A stretch of 64,000 nucleotides of DNA from the IMG/VR virus record IMGVR_UViG_3300027734_000038; one strand, given 5' to 3'. The stretch's first letter is position 1. Every line of letters starts with the position of its first letter. Below the pieces are notes generated by a model. It saw only the letters and a list, made by a program, of their open reading frames with translations, made no database searches and had not been told where the DNA came from. Made by a program: the position numbers and the translations under genes. Below, in pieces: positions 49,116-56,765 of this stretch. Source of the DNA: a virus.

Positions 49116-49934
49116 ATGGAAATTTCAATTAAGAAAGAAGAACTACAAACAAAAAGCCTATTTGTCGCCACACCAATGTATGGCGGTATGAATCATGGCC
49201 TATACATGAAAGCCTGTTTAGATTTACAAGGACTGTGTATACAATATGGCATTCAGATTAAATTTTCATTTCTTTTCAATGAATCATTAATTACTCGTGC
49301 AAGAAACTATTTGGTCGATGAATTCATTCACCGTTCAGAATGTTCACATATGCTATTTTTAGATTCGGATATTTCATTTAATCCACAAGATGTGATTGCT
49401 TTATTGGCACTAGACAAAGAAGTTTCAGGTGGTCCTTATCCAAAGAAAGCAATTAAGTGGAAATCAGTCAAGAAAGCACTAGAAAGAAAACCTGATATTG
49501 AAGCACAAACACTAGAAAAAGTTACTGGTGATTATGTGTTTAATCCTGTCAAAGGCACGGCACAATTCTCAGTTACAACTCCGTTAGAGGTTCTGGAGAT
49601 TGGTACTGGATTCATGATGATTAAGCGTGAAGTGTTTGCTAAGATGGAACAAGCATACCCGATGATTCGTTATAAGCCAGACCATGTTGGCCAAGCCAAT
49701 TTTGATGGCACAAGATATATTCATGCTTTCTTTGATACAGTCATTGATACAAAAGATAGTATTGTTGGTGGCGGCTCGGATCGTTACCTATCAGAAGATT
49801 ATATGTTCTGTCAGATGTGGCGTAAAATGGGTGGTTCAATTTGGTTATGTCCGTGGATGAGAACAGCACACATTGGTACCTATCATTTCCAAGGAGATAT
49901 GCCAGCTGTTGCCAATTATGTTGGAGAAATGTAA
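49116..49934 (+). CDS. GT-A fold glycosyltransferase-like protein
   Basis: ATPMYGG, ESLITRARN, FLDSD (DxD), GTGFMMIKR, LSEDY.FC, HIG; GGAG RBS before 49116. Confidence 0.8.
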   Translation: MEISIKKEELQTKSLFVATPMYGGMNHGLYMKACLDLQGLCIQYGIQIKFSFLFNESLITRARNYLVDEFIHRSECSHMLFLDSDISFNPQDVIALLALDKEVSGGPYPKKAIKWKSVKKALERKPDIEAQTLEKVTGDYVFNPVKGTAQFSVTTPLEVLEIGTGFMMIKREVFAKMEQAYPMIRYKPDHVGQANFDGTRYIHAFFDTVIDTKDSIVGGGSDRYLSEDYMFCQMWRKMGGSIWLCPWMRTAHIGTYHFQGDMPAVANYVGEM

Positions 49935-50284
49935 TGAACAAGCTTGTTGATGAAGCACCTTATCATCCAGGTTATGAAGATGCTTCCTTTGAAACCAAGG
50001 GTCGTAAGTTTGATGGTGGTAAACTAGAATATGGTCTGGTTCCACCACTTGCATTAAAATCTCTTGCGGAAGTTTTAACTTTTGGTGCTCAAAAGTATGA
50101 AAGAGATAATTGGCAAAAAGTACCAGATTCAAAGCGTAGATATTTTGATGCCTTACAACGCCATGTATGGGCTTGGAAAGAAGGCGAGAAGTTTGATACC
50201 GAATCTGGATTACATCACTTGGCACACGCCATGTGTTGTTTGATGTTTTTATATGAACACGATGTTAAGTATTCCAAAGAATAA
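49934..50284 (+). CDS. DUF5664 (dATP/dGTP diphosphohydrolase N-terminal-like) protein
   Basis: GRKFDGGK...L.FGAQKY...NW...A..RH...W..GE..D.ESGLHHLAHA. Confidence 0.8.
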   Translation: MNKLVDEAPYHPGYEDASFETKGRKFDGGKLEYGLVPPLALKSLAEVLTFGAQKYERDNWQKVPDSKRRYFDALQRHVWAWKEGEKFDTESGLHHLAHAMCCLMFLYEHDVKYSKE

Positions 50285-50285
50285 C

Positions 50286-50314
50286 TTGACAATGTATTTT
50301 GGATGTAGTATGAT
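50286..50314 (+). promoter_or_regulatory. sigma70-type promoter for gp45
   Basis: TTGACA-N17-TATGAT. Confidence 0.7.
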
Positions 50315-50343
50315 AAAAGGACTTTTACATAATGGAGAATCAA

Positions 50344-51018
50344 ATGAAGTTAACCAGTGAAACACTATCCGTATTAAAAAACTTTGCCAGTATCAACCAA
50401 GGCATTGAGTTTAAAAAAGGCAATACAATTCGCACCATGTCATCAGGCAAAACTGTTCTTGCCAAAGCCACTCTGAAAGATGAATTTCCACAAGACTTTT
50501 GTGTATATGATTTGAATCAATTTTTGTCGGTACATTCAATGTTCGATAATACTGAAATTGAATTTGATGATAAGAATGTCATCTTCAAAAGTGGTACTAA
50601 AAAATCCACTAAGTATCGTAAGACAGCAAAAGAAATGATTGTGACCGCACCAGACAAAGAATTATCTTTGCCATCGGTTGATGTTGCTTTCACTCTCACC
50701 AAAGAAGATTTCTCTGATTTGTTGAAGATTGCCTCTATTCTTCAATCACCTCATATTGCTGTTGAATCACAAGGTGATAAAATTTCTTTGACTACTTTCA
50801 ATGCCAAAGATGATTCATCACATACGAATTCTATTGAAGTTGGCGAAGGCAACGGCAAAAAATTTAAGATGGTGTTTTTGACAGACAACCTTAAAATGAT
50901 TCCCGGTGGTTATGATGTTGAAATTTCTGCTAAAGGATTGGCAACATTTAAAAACAAAGCTGTTGATATTCAATATTGGGTTGCAACCGAATCTAAAGAA
51001 TCTAAATTTGAAGGATAA
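50344..51018 (+). CDS. gp45: sliding clamp
   Basis: MKL...TL.VLKNFASIN, F..YDL.QFL, NLKMIPG.Y.V, YWVA.E. Confidence 0.95.
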   Translation: MKLTSETLSVLKNFASINQGIEFKKGNTIRTMSSGKTVLAKATLKDEFPQDFCVYDLNQFLSVHSMFDNTEIEFDDKNVIFKSGTKKSTKYRKTAKEMIVTAPDKELSLPSVDVAFTLTKEDFSDLLKIASILQSPHIAVESQGDKISLTTFNAKDDSSHTNSIEVGEGNGKKFKMVFLTDNLKMIPGGYDVEISAKGLATFKNKAVDIQYWVATESKESKFEG

Positions 51019-51020
51019 TT

Positions 51021-51212
51021 ATGTTAGTATATTTTACTGATGCAACCAATCAACAAAAAGTTGCCATTAATCCAAAATATGTTGTAGTTGTATTTGTTTT
51101 ACCTGACGGTGAAATGAAAGGCAAAACAGTTGTTGGATTAACAAATGGTAACATTGTTGTGGAAGAATCACAAATTGATGTTGTTGGTGTTCTGCAAGGA
51201 CAAATTGAGTAG
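51021..51212 (+). CDS. hypothetical small protein
   Basis: AAGGA RBS; VAINP..V...V.ES..V pattern (FlbD-like). Confidence 0.55.
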   Translation: MLVYFTDATNQQKVAINPKYVVVVFVLPDGEMKGKTVVGLTNGNIVVEESQIDVVGVLQGQIE

Positions 51213-51248
51213 TATTTTTGTTATATATTATATTATGGAGTATGTGAA

Positions 51249-52181
51249 ATGGAACATTTATTATGGGTCGAAAAGTATCGACCAGCTAGAATAGAAGATT
51301 GTATTCTTCCAGATGCGCTCAAAGAAACTTTTCAGGAGTTCGTTAAGAGAAAAGAAATACCAAATCTTCTTTTATCTGGTACGGCTGGTGTTGGAAAAAC
51401 AACAGTTGCTAAAGCATTGTGTAATGAGGTTGGTTGCGATTACATTATCATCAATGGCTCTGATGAGTCTGGCATTGATGTCCTTCGCAATAAAATTAAA
51501 AACTATGCTTCATCAGTTTCTCTTATGGGTGGCAGAAAGGTTGTCATCATTGATGAGGCCGATTATCTTAATCCTAATTCAACTCAGCCTGCATTACGGG
51601 GAGCAATTGAAGAATTTGCATCAAATTGCTCATTCATCTTCACTTGCAATTTCAAAAATAGGATCATCGATCCAATCCATTCTCGTTGTTCTGTTATCGA
51701 TTTTAAAATCAATGGTTCTAAACCAAAACTGGCAGCACAACTTTTCAAAAGAGTGGAAAACATCCTTTCGCAAGAAGGCATTACATACGATAAAGAAGTT
51801 GTCGCAGCCGTCATCACAAAACACTTTCCAGATAATCGTAGGATTCTTAATGAACTTCAGAGATACTCAATTTCTGGTACAATTGATAAAGGCATTCTTG
51901 CTAGTGTTAGTGATATACAACTTGCTGATTTACTTCGAGCCCTCGCAGAAAAAGACTTTGCCTCTGCCAGAAAATGGGTCACAAACAATCTCGATAACGA
52001 CCCAGCCAGAATCTTTCGGAAACTATACGACAACTTATATGAATCGTTGAAATCACAATCTGTTCCACAATTGGTTTTGATTCTTGCTAAGTATCAATAT
52101 CAGGCAGCTTTTGTTGCCGATGCGGAGATTAATCTTATTGCTTGTTTGACAGAGATTATGGTGGATTGTGAGTTTAAATAA
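51249..52181 (+). CDS. gp44: clamp loader ATPase subunit
   Basis: LWVEKYRP, GTAGVGKT, DEAD, SRC. Confidence 0.97.
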   Translation: MEHLLWVEKYRPARIEDCILPDALKETFQEFVKRKEIPNLLLSGTAGVGKTTVAKALCNEVGCDYIIINGSDESGIDVLRNKIKNYASSVSLMGGRKVVIIDEADYLNPNSTQPALRGAIEEFASNCSFIFTCNFKNRIIDPIHSRCSVIDFKINGSKPKLAAQLFKRVENILSQEGITYDKEVVAAVITKHFPDNRRILNELQRYSISGTIDKGILASVSDIQLADLLRALAEKDFASARKWVTNNLDNDPARIFRKLYDNLYESLKSQSVPQLVLILAKYQYQAAFVADAEINLIACLTEIMVDCEFK

Positions 52182-52564
52182 TGCCGGATCTATTCAAGGA
52201 GATTATACCCTCAATACTTCAAACTAAAAAATCTGTAATACATGACGATATCGACCTAAAAGACTATACTCCCTTTGTGGTCAATCGTGCTTTGTCATAT
52301 CATATGGATTGTGTCCTATATGCCAACGAGATGAACCTTCATCCAGAGTTGGAAAAAGACCTTCAATATCAATATCTTCTAAATACCATCAGGTCAATGA
52401 AACGGAAATTTCAACCGTGGCAGAAATCAGAGACCGATAAGAACATAGATTGCGTAAAGACCTACTTCGGTTACTCTAACCAGAAGGCTAAAGAAGCTTT
52501 ACGAATTCTTAATGATGACCAAATCGCTGAAATAAAAAGAAGAACAGATAAAGGCGGAGTATGA
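52181..52564 (+). CDS. gp62: clamp loader small subunit
   Basis: Y.PF.VNR.LS...D....NEMN, YFGYS..KA.EAL..L. Confidence 0.92.
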   Translation: MPDLFKEIIPSILQTKKSVIHDDIDLKDYTPFVVNRALSYHMDCVLYANEMNLHPELEKDLQYQYLLNTIRSMKRKFQPWQKSETDKNIDCVKTYFGYSNQKAKEALRILNDDQIAEIKRRTDKGGV

Positions 52565-52968
52565 TTAACATTACTGATTTAGTTGAAGTGACTTTGAATG
52601 AGAATGATGATTTCCTCAAAGTCCGTGAAACCCTTACACGCATTGGAGTGGCTTCAAAGAAAGACCAAACCTTATTCCAATCGTGTCATATACTACATAA
52701 AAGAGGTCAATACTACATTGTCCACTTTAAAGAGTTGTTTGCCTTAGATGGTAAACCAACCGACATTACCGAAAACGACTTATCTCGTAGGAATGCCATA
52801 GTAAAGTTGTTAGAGGATTGGGGTCTGGTAACTGTTGTCCGAAAACAACAGATTGAAAACCCACCACCTATATTCCTCAGTCAGATTAAGATTCTTTCCC
52901 ATAAAGAAAAGGATGACTGGCAATTAGTACCAAAATATAATATTGGTAAAAAAACACAGGACTATTGA
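52561..52968 (+). CDS. regA: translational repressor RegA
   Basis: DDFLKVRETLTRIGVA, QSCHILHK.G.YYIVHFKELF.LDG. Confidence 0.97.
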   Translation: MINITDLVEVTLNENDDFLKVRETLTRIGVASKKDQTLFQSCHILHKRGQYYIVHFKELFALDGKPTDITENDLSRRNAIVKLLEDWGLVTVVRKQQIENPPPIFLSQIKILSHKEKDDWQLVPKYNIGKKTQDY

Positions 52969-52993
52969 CAAGTCGTATAAATAATAGTATACT
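52965..52993 (+). promoter_or_regulatory. sigma70 promoter with nested late promoter
   Basis: TTGACA-N17-TATACT; TATAAATA at 52976-52983 lies in the spacer. Confidence 0.75.
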
Positions 52994-52998
52994 TATGG

Positions 52999-53058
52999 TG
53001 TGGTGCTCATTTGAGGCCACAGTTTTATTGACTAACTCGCTTAATTAAGGAGAAATCT
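52999..53058 (+). promoter_or_regulatory. ROSE-like RNA thermometer in hsp20 5' UTR
   Basis: Upstream hairpin, then CTCGCTT-AATT-AAGGAG pairing the UCGCU motif with the SD. Confidence 0.6.
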
Positions 53059-53520
53059 ATGACAAGCACAAATCTATTATTCCCACAATGGGCTTCACTA
53101 TCCAAATCTTTGGATCCTTTCTCGGTTGGTTTCGAGGATGTATTGGACCAAATCCGTGATATCTCAGAAACAGTAGCCAAAGCATCACCCGGTTATCCTC
53201 CATACAATATCAAACAAGTAAAAGAAAACAAGTATGTCATTGAAATGGCAGTTGCTGGCTTTGCTAAGACCGACATTGAAGTTACTTTAGAAGGTAACAA
53301 ACTGGTAATCAAAGGTGCTGTAGTTGATAGTTCTGATGATGATAACTATCTCTACAAAGGTATTGCTAACCGTAATTTCAATCGTGCTTTTACTCTTGCC
53401 GACAAGGTAGAAATTAAAGATGCCGAAATTACAAATGGTATGCTTAAAGTTTGGTTGGAGAACATGGTAAAGGTTCAAGATGCGGTAAAGAAAATTACTG
53501 TAAAATCAAAAGATGAGTAA
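53059..53520 (+). CDS. small heat-shock protein (Hsp20/IbpA-like)
   Basis: YPPYNI, IEMAVAGF, YLYKGIA.R.F.R.F.LA, A...NGML. Confidence 0.95.
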   Translation: MTSTNLLFPQWASLSKSLDPFSVGFEDVLDQIRDISETVAKASPGYPPYNIKQVKENKYVIEMAVAGFAKTDIEVTLEGNKLVIKGAVVDSSDDDNYLYKGIANRNFNRAFTLADKVEIKDAEITNGMLKVWLENMVKVQDAVKKITVKSKDE

Positions 53521-53581
53521 TTGGTGGCCTGTATCCGATGAGGAATGGGAACAATTGAACTACCCAAACGGTAGGTAATAT

Positions 53582-53619
53582 AGGGGGCTCTTGACAGCCC
53601 CCTTCTTTTGTGTTACAAT
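53582..53619 (+). terminator. terminator hairpin overlapping a sigma70 promoter
   Basis: AGGGGGCT-CTTGAC-AGCCCCCT-TCTTTT; TTGACA(53591)-N17-TACAAT(53614). Confidence 0.75.
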
Positions 53620-53625
53620 TATATT

Positions 53626-53868
53626 ATGAAAAACTGGAACAAAACTAAACCTTCTCGACCTGGTTATATTGCCACCACAACTGGTGGTAAAGCCATTCTC
53701 AAAAAAGTTCGTTCAAAAACAAACCAAGACATTTATTACACATATTCAAATTGGGCAACCAATGAAATTGATGGCATAACTTTCATTCCTGTTGTTAAGA
53801 GTTCAAGTCAAACTGAAAATCAAGTAATTCATTATATGCGTAAAGATAATTTGGAGTATGTGAAATGA
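53626..53868 (+). CDS. hypothetical protein (probably leaderless)
   Basis: ATG 6 nt after the -10 box; no SD. Confidence 0.55.
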   Translation: MKNWNKTKPSRPGYIATTTGGKAILKKVRSKTNQDIYYTYSNWATNEIDGITFIPVVKSSSQTENQVIHYMRKDNLEYVK

Positions 53869-54068
53869 GTAAATTACTTCAATTACAAATATTGGGTAAT
53901 CCAAAATATTTGTTTGATCCAAAAAATAAGTACCACATAAACTTATTAAGATGTTTTTTAAATGAAAACAAGTGGGGAGCTCCTTGTCCATTTATATTAG
54001 AAGAACCATATCTAACAATACCAGATATGTTGAAAGACAAATATATTAAATCACAATTGGGTATATAA
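53865..54068 (+). CDS. hypothetical protein
   Basis: Coupled ORF; W...CPFILE.PY..IP.M motif. Confidence 0.55.
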   Translation: MSKLLQLQILGNPKYLFDPKNKYHINLLRCFLNENKWGAPCPFILEEPYLTIPDMLKDKYIKSQLGI

Positions 54069-54241
54069 TGATTAATTGGATAATGTATTCCGGATGTAAC
54101 ATTACTTTGAAATTAAATCCATTTCATTGGAGAATTTCTTGTGCATATAATAAAACCAATGAAGCATGGGAACAAGATGCCTTGGTCATTGAGTTATTGC
54201 CTATCACTATTCGTGTATGGTTTGATAATGGTGAGTGGTAA
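54068..54241 (+). CDS. hypothetical 57-aa protein (not in ORF track)
   Basis: TAATG-coupled; MINWIMYSGCNITLKLNPFHWRI...RVWFDNGEW*. Confidence 0.55.
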   Translation: MINWIMYSGCNITLKLNPFHWRISCAYNKTNEAWEQDALVIELLPITIRVWFDNGEW

Positions 54242-54340
54242 TAAATTTTTTTGATAACGCTCATTAAAATATATCATATATCAGATAACGCTTAATTTAT
54301 TGATTTGAGAGATACATAATATTTTAACTATGGAGTAAAT

Positions 54341-54790
54341 ATGTCTATTACAATTAAAAACCTTGAAAGTGCATTGGCTGGCGAATCAATGGCTCATATC
54401 AAGTATCGTTATTTTGCTAAGATTGCTCGTGAAGAAGGATTTGAAGATGTTGCAAAACACTTTGAACACACGGCAGACCAAGAGATTCTACACGCTTGGG
54501 GTCATCTTGAATTATTGGTTGGTAAACCATCTACAAAAGAATGTTTAGAAAAAGCAATTGAAGGTGAAACATATGAGTTTACTACAATGTATCCGTCATT
54601 CTTAAAAGAAGCTCATTTAGAAGGCGTTGATAATTTTGTAAAAGAAATTAATGAACAAATTGCTGAATCTAAAGAGCACGCAGAACAATTTCAGTCAATT
54701 CTTGAAAAAGCAGAAAAACGATTTGCTGCTCTTGCAAAAGTAGAAAAGCGTCATGCCGAATCATATCAACAAGTATTGGAGAAACTATAA
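54341..54790 (+). CDS. rbr: rubrerythrin (di-iron domain only)
   Basis: AGESMA..KY..FA..A.EEG, QE..HA, GETYE...MYP, E..H. Confidence 0.92.
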   Translation: MSITIKNLESALAGESMAHIKYRYFAKIAREEGFEDVAKHFEHTADQEILHAWGHLELLVGKPSTKECLEKAIEGETYEFTTMYPSFLKEAHLEGVDNFVKEINEQIAESKEHAEQFQSILEKAEKRFAALAKVEKRHAESYQQVLEKL

Positions 54791-54921
54791 TGGAACAACA
54801 TATTTGTGTAGTTTGTGGCCATGTCCACGATGAACAGACAGAAGGTAAATGGAAAGATTTACCTGAAACTTTTGAATGTCCTGAATGTGGTGTAGGTAAA
54901 GAAGATTATTACATTTTATAA
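54790..54921 (+). CDS. rubredoxin, 43 aa (not in ORF track)
   Basis: MEQHICVVCGHVHDEQTEGKWKDLPETFECPECGVGKEDYYIL*: CxxC...W..LP..F.CPxCG. Confidence 0.9.
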   Translation: MEQHICVVCGHVHDEQTEGKWKDLPETFECPECGVGKEDYYIL

Positions 54922-55409
54922 TGAAACAAAAATTTATTGATGCTTATATGGATGTGGCAGAAAGATTTGCTAAGTTATCTTCTGCCAAACGATTGCAGGT
55001 GGGCGCCATTGTGGTAAAAGAAGATAGAATCATATCTATTGGATACAATGGTATGCCTGCAGGCTGGACAAATGAATGTGAAGAAAAAGAGTATTTTATT
55101 GGTAATATACCAGAAAAATATAGTACCGACCCATGGATATTCAAAGACGAAGATGGTGGTGTTGGACGCATTAAAACCAAAACGGAAGTGATTCATGCAG
55201 AAGCCAATGCAATCGTTAAGTTGGCCAAAAGTAATGATTCTGGAGATGGTTCTACCATGTTCCTAACCCATGCACCTTGTGTAGACTGTGCCAAACAGAT
55301 GTATGCCATGGGTGTCAAATCGGTATATTACCGCCATTCCTATCGAGATAATGACGGCTTGACATTCTTGGAGAAGTGTGATATAATGGTATCTAAGGTG
55401 GAGAAGTAA
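54921..55409 (+). CDS. cd: dCMP deaminase
   Basis: QVGAIVV, GYNG, HAEANA, PCVDC. Confidence 0.93.
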   Translation: MKQKFIDAYMDVAERFAKLSSAKRLQVGAIVVKEDRIISIGYNGMPAGWTNECEEKEYFIGNIPEKYSTDPWIFKDEDGGVGRIKTKTEVIHAEANAIVKLAKSNDSGDGSTMFLTHAPCVDCAKQMYAMGVKSVYYRHSYRDNDGLTFLEKCDIMVSKVEK

Positions 55410-55443
55410 TTTCACCAGGTGAAATTGATGCAGGTCATAAATA
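55359..55443 (+). promoter_or_regulatory. sigma70 promoter, palindromic operator-like site and late promoter
   Basis: TTGACA(55359)-N17-TATAAT(55382); AATTTCACC-A-GGTGAAATT (55408-55426); CATAAATA (55436). Confidence 0.6.
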
Positions 55444-55481
55444 TGCTTTGTATTGGGTCAATTTACTAAGGAGAAACCCAA

Positions 55482-55985
55482 ATGCAGCTAAGTATAGTTG
55501 GTTGTCCCGATAAAAAGCGATTTAGACCGTTCGTTAAAAGGGCTGCTCAGTTTTACGCAAAAGAATTAATATCCGAGAAAATGTTGGAAAACATATTTGT
55601 TAGGATAAAATTCAATAAGGATATTCCAGCCTACGGTTATGCCTCTGTTGAAGATTATAACGAAAGTGGTAAACCAAGAGAATTTGAAATTGAAATTCAT
55701 TCTGGTATTAGTGGTTATGATATATTAAAAACACTAGCTCATGAAATGGTTCATATTAAACAATATGTTTATGGAGAAACCAACGAAAAATTAACTCGTT
55801 GGAAAGGTGAAAGGGTTGATTCTGATACGATTGATTATTGGGTTCAACCTTGGGAAATAGAAGCACACGGATATGAAGCTGGATTATTTACCAAGTTTGC
55901 TATTAAAGAAAAACTTTGGAATGTATTTCAAGGTGTTCAAAATCCAGATTCAGATATTATTCCAGAACCACTAGGGTGGAAATAG
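55482..55985 (+). CDS. HExxH zinc metallopeptidase-like protein
   Basis: TLAHEMVHIKQ...Y...PWE.EA. Confidence 0.8.
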   Translation: MQLSIVGCPDKKRFRPFVKRAAQFYAKELISEKMLENIFVRIKFNKDIPAYGYASVEDYNESGKPREFEIEIHSGISGYDILKTLAHEMVHIKQYVYGETNEKLTRWKGERVDSDTIDYWVQPWEIEAHGYEAGLFTKFAIKEKLWNVFQGVQNPDSDIIPEPLGWK

Positions 55986-56007
55986 ACTATATAAGTGGCA
56001 AACATTC

Positions 56008-56037
56008 AACCCTAGTTTTTACTAGGGTTTTTTATTT
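56008..56037 (+). terminator. intrinsic terminator
   Basis: AACCCTAGT-TTTT-ACTAGGGTT plus T-run. Confidence 0.75.
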
Positions 56038-56059
56038 GTTGTTTTGGTACAACAGCCAC

Positions 56060-56087
56060 TTGACATATTGTATGGTTCGTGTATAAT
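56060..56087 (+). promoter_or_regulatory. sigma70 promoter of tRNA cluster
   Basis: TTGACA-N16-TATAAT. Confidence 0.8.
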
Positions 56088-56099
56088 GGTTCACTTAAT

Positions 56100-56174
56100 G
56101 CACCTATCGTCTATCGGTTAGGACACCGCCCTTTCACGGCGGGAAGAGGAGTTCGATTCTCCTTAGGTGTACCA
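56100..56174 (+). tRNA. tRNA-Glu(UUC)
   Basis: GCACCTA/TAGGTGT acceptor, CCGCC-CTTTCAC-GGCGG, GTTCGATTC, encoded CCA. Confidence 0.95.
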
Positions 56175-56175
56175 C

Positions 56176-56259
56176 GGAGCAGAAGAATCAATGGTGATTC
56201 AGCGGACTGTAAATCCGCCGCCTCTGGCACGCTTGGTTCGATCCCAAGATGCTCCACCA
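56176..56259 (+). tRNA. tRNA-Tyr(GUA)
   Basis: GCGGA-CTGTAAA-TCCGC, long variable arm, GGTTCGATCC, CCA. Confidence 0.93.
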
Positions 56260-56308
56260 AATTTAACTTTACAATAATTTTAAAAAACTTTACAATCGGG
56301 AGAGTATT

Positions 56309-56470
56309 ATGAAAAAGAAAACTACTCCTCAACCACGAAACTATCTTGTCAAATTGGCATTGTTTCGTAAAGCAGGAGTTCATCGTAAGAGTAACAAAGC
56401 AGTAAGGCGTTCCGAGAAGTCTAAAAAATTGTATCCTATTATGTGCATTAACTTAGGCTATTGTCTATAA
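56309..56470 (+). CDS. basic 53-aa micro-protein, ArfA-like architecture (not in ORF track)
   Basis: GGGAG RBS; MKKKTTPQPRNYLVKLALFRKAGVHRKSNKAVRRSEKSKK-LYPIMCINLGYCL*; stop lies inside a 15-bp hairpin. Confidence 0.6.
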   Translation: MKKKTTPQPRNYLVKLALFRKAGVHRKSNKAVRRSEKSKKLYPIMCINLGYCL

Positions 56471-56481
56471 TAGGATACAAT

Positions 56482-56556
56482 GTGAGAGTGGCAGAGTGGT
56501 CCAATGCAACGGCCTGCAAAGCCGTAAATCCGTGAGTTCGAATCTCACCTTTCACT
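56482..56556 (+). tRNA. tRNA-Cys(GCA), CCA not encoded
   Basis: GTGAGAG/CTTTCAC, ACGGC-CTGCAAA-GCCGT, U73, followed by TCA. Confidence 0.92.
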
Positions 56557-56579
56557 TCAAAATATACCACACAAAGTTG

Positions 56580-56608
56580 TTGACAAAGTAACATAAGTAG
56601 TGTATTAT
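56580..56608 (+). promoter_or_regulatory. sigma70 promoter
   Basis: TTGACA-N17-TATTAT. Confidence 0.75.
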
Positions 56609-56617
56609 GGTTTAAAT

Positions 56618-56684
56618 GCGGTGTGTGATAGCACGACAGAAGATACCCTCTTTTGTTATCTGAGCAAAGCAGACCACCGCTCCA
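56618..56684 (+). ncRNA. 67-nt non-canonical tRNA-like RNA (Gly-type acceptor)
   Basis: GCGGTG/CACCGC-T-CCA acceptor enclosing three hairpins; no TTC T-loop or D-loop GG. Confidence 0.7.
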
Positions 56685-56689
56685 AATTT

Positions 56690-56763
56690 GCGGGATTAGT
56701 TTAATGGTAAAATTAGAGTTTTCCAAACTCCAGTCATTGGTTCGATTCCAATATCCCGCTCCA
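56690..56763 (+). tRNA. tRNA-Gly(UCC)
   Basis: GCGGGAT/ATCCCGC, loop TTTCCAA, GGTTCGATTCC, U73, CCA. Confidence 0.94.
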
Positions 56764-56765
56764 TC

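Noticed and set aside
49934-50284. Z-genome (2-aminoadenine) system
   Set aside because: DUF5664 alone is insufficient; no PurZ or DatZ seen in this window
51313-52050. 245-aa +1-frame ORF inside gp44
   Set aside because: Long, but no RBS, shadow-frame composition (Leu/Ser/Gln-rich), and fully nested in a conserved gene; would need Ribo-seq support
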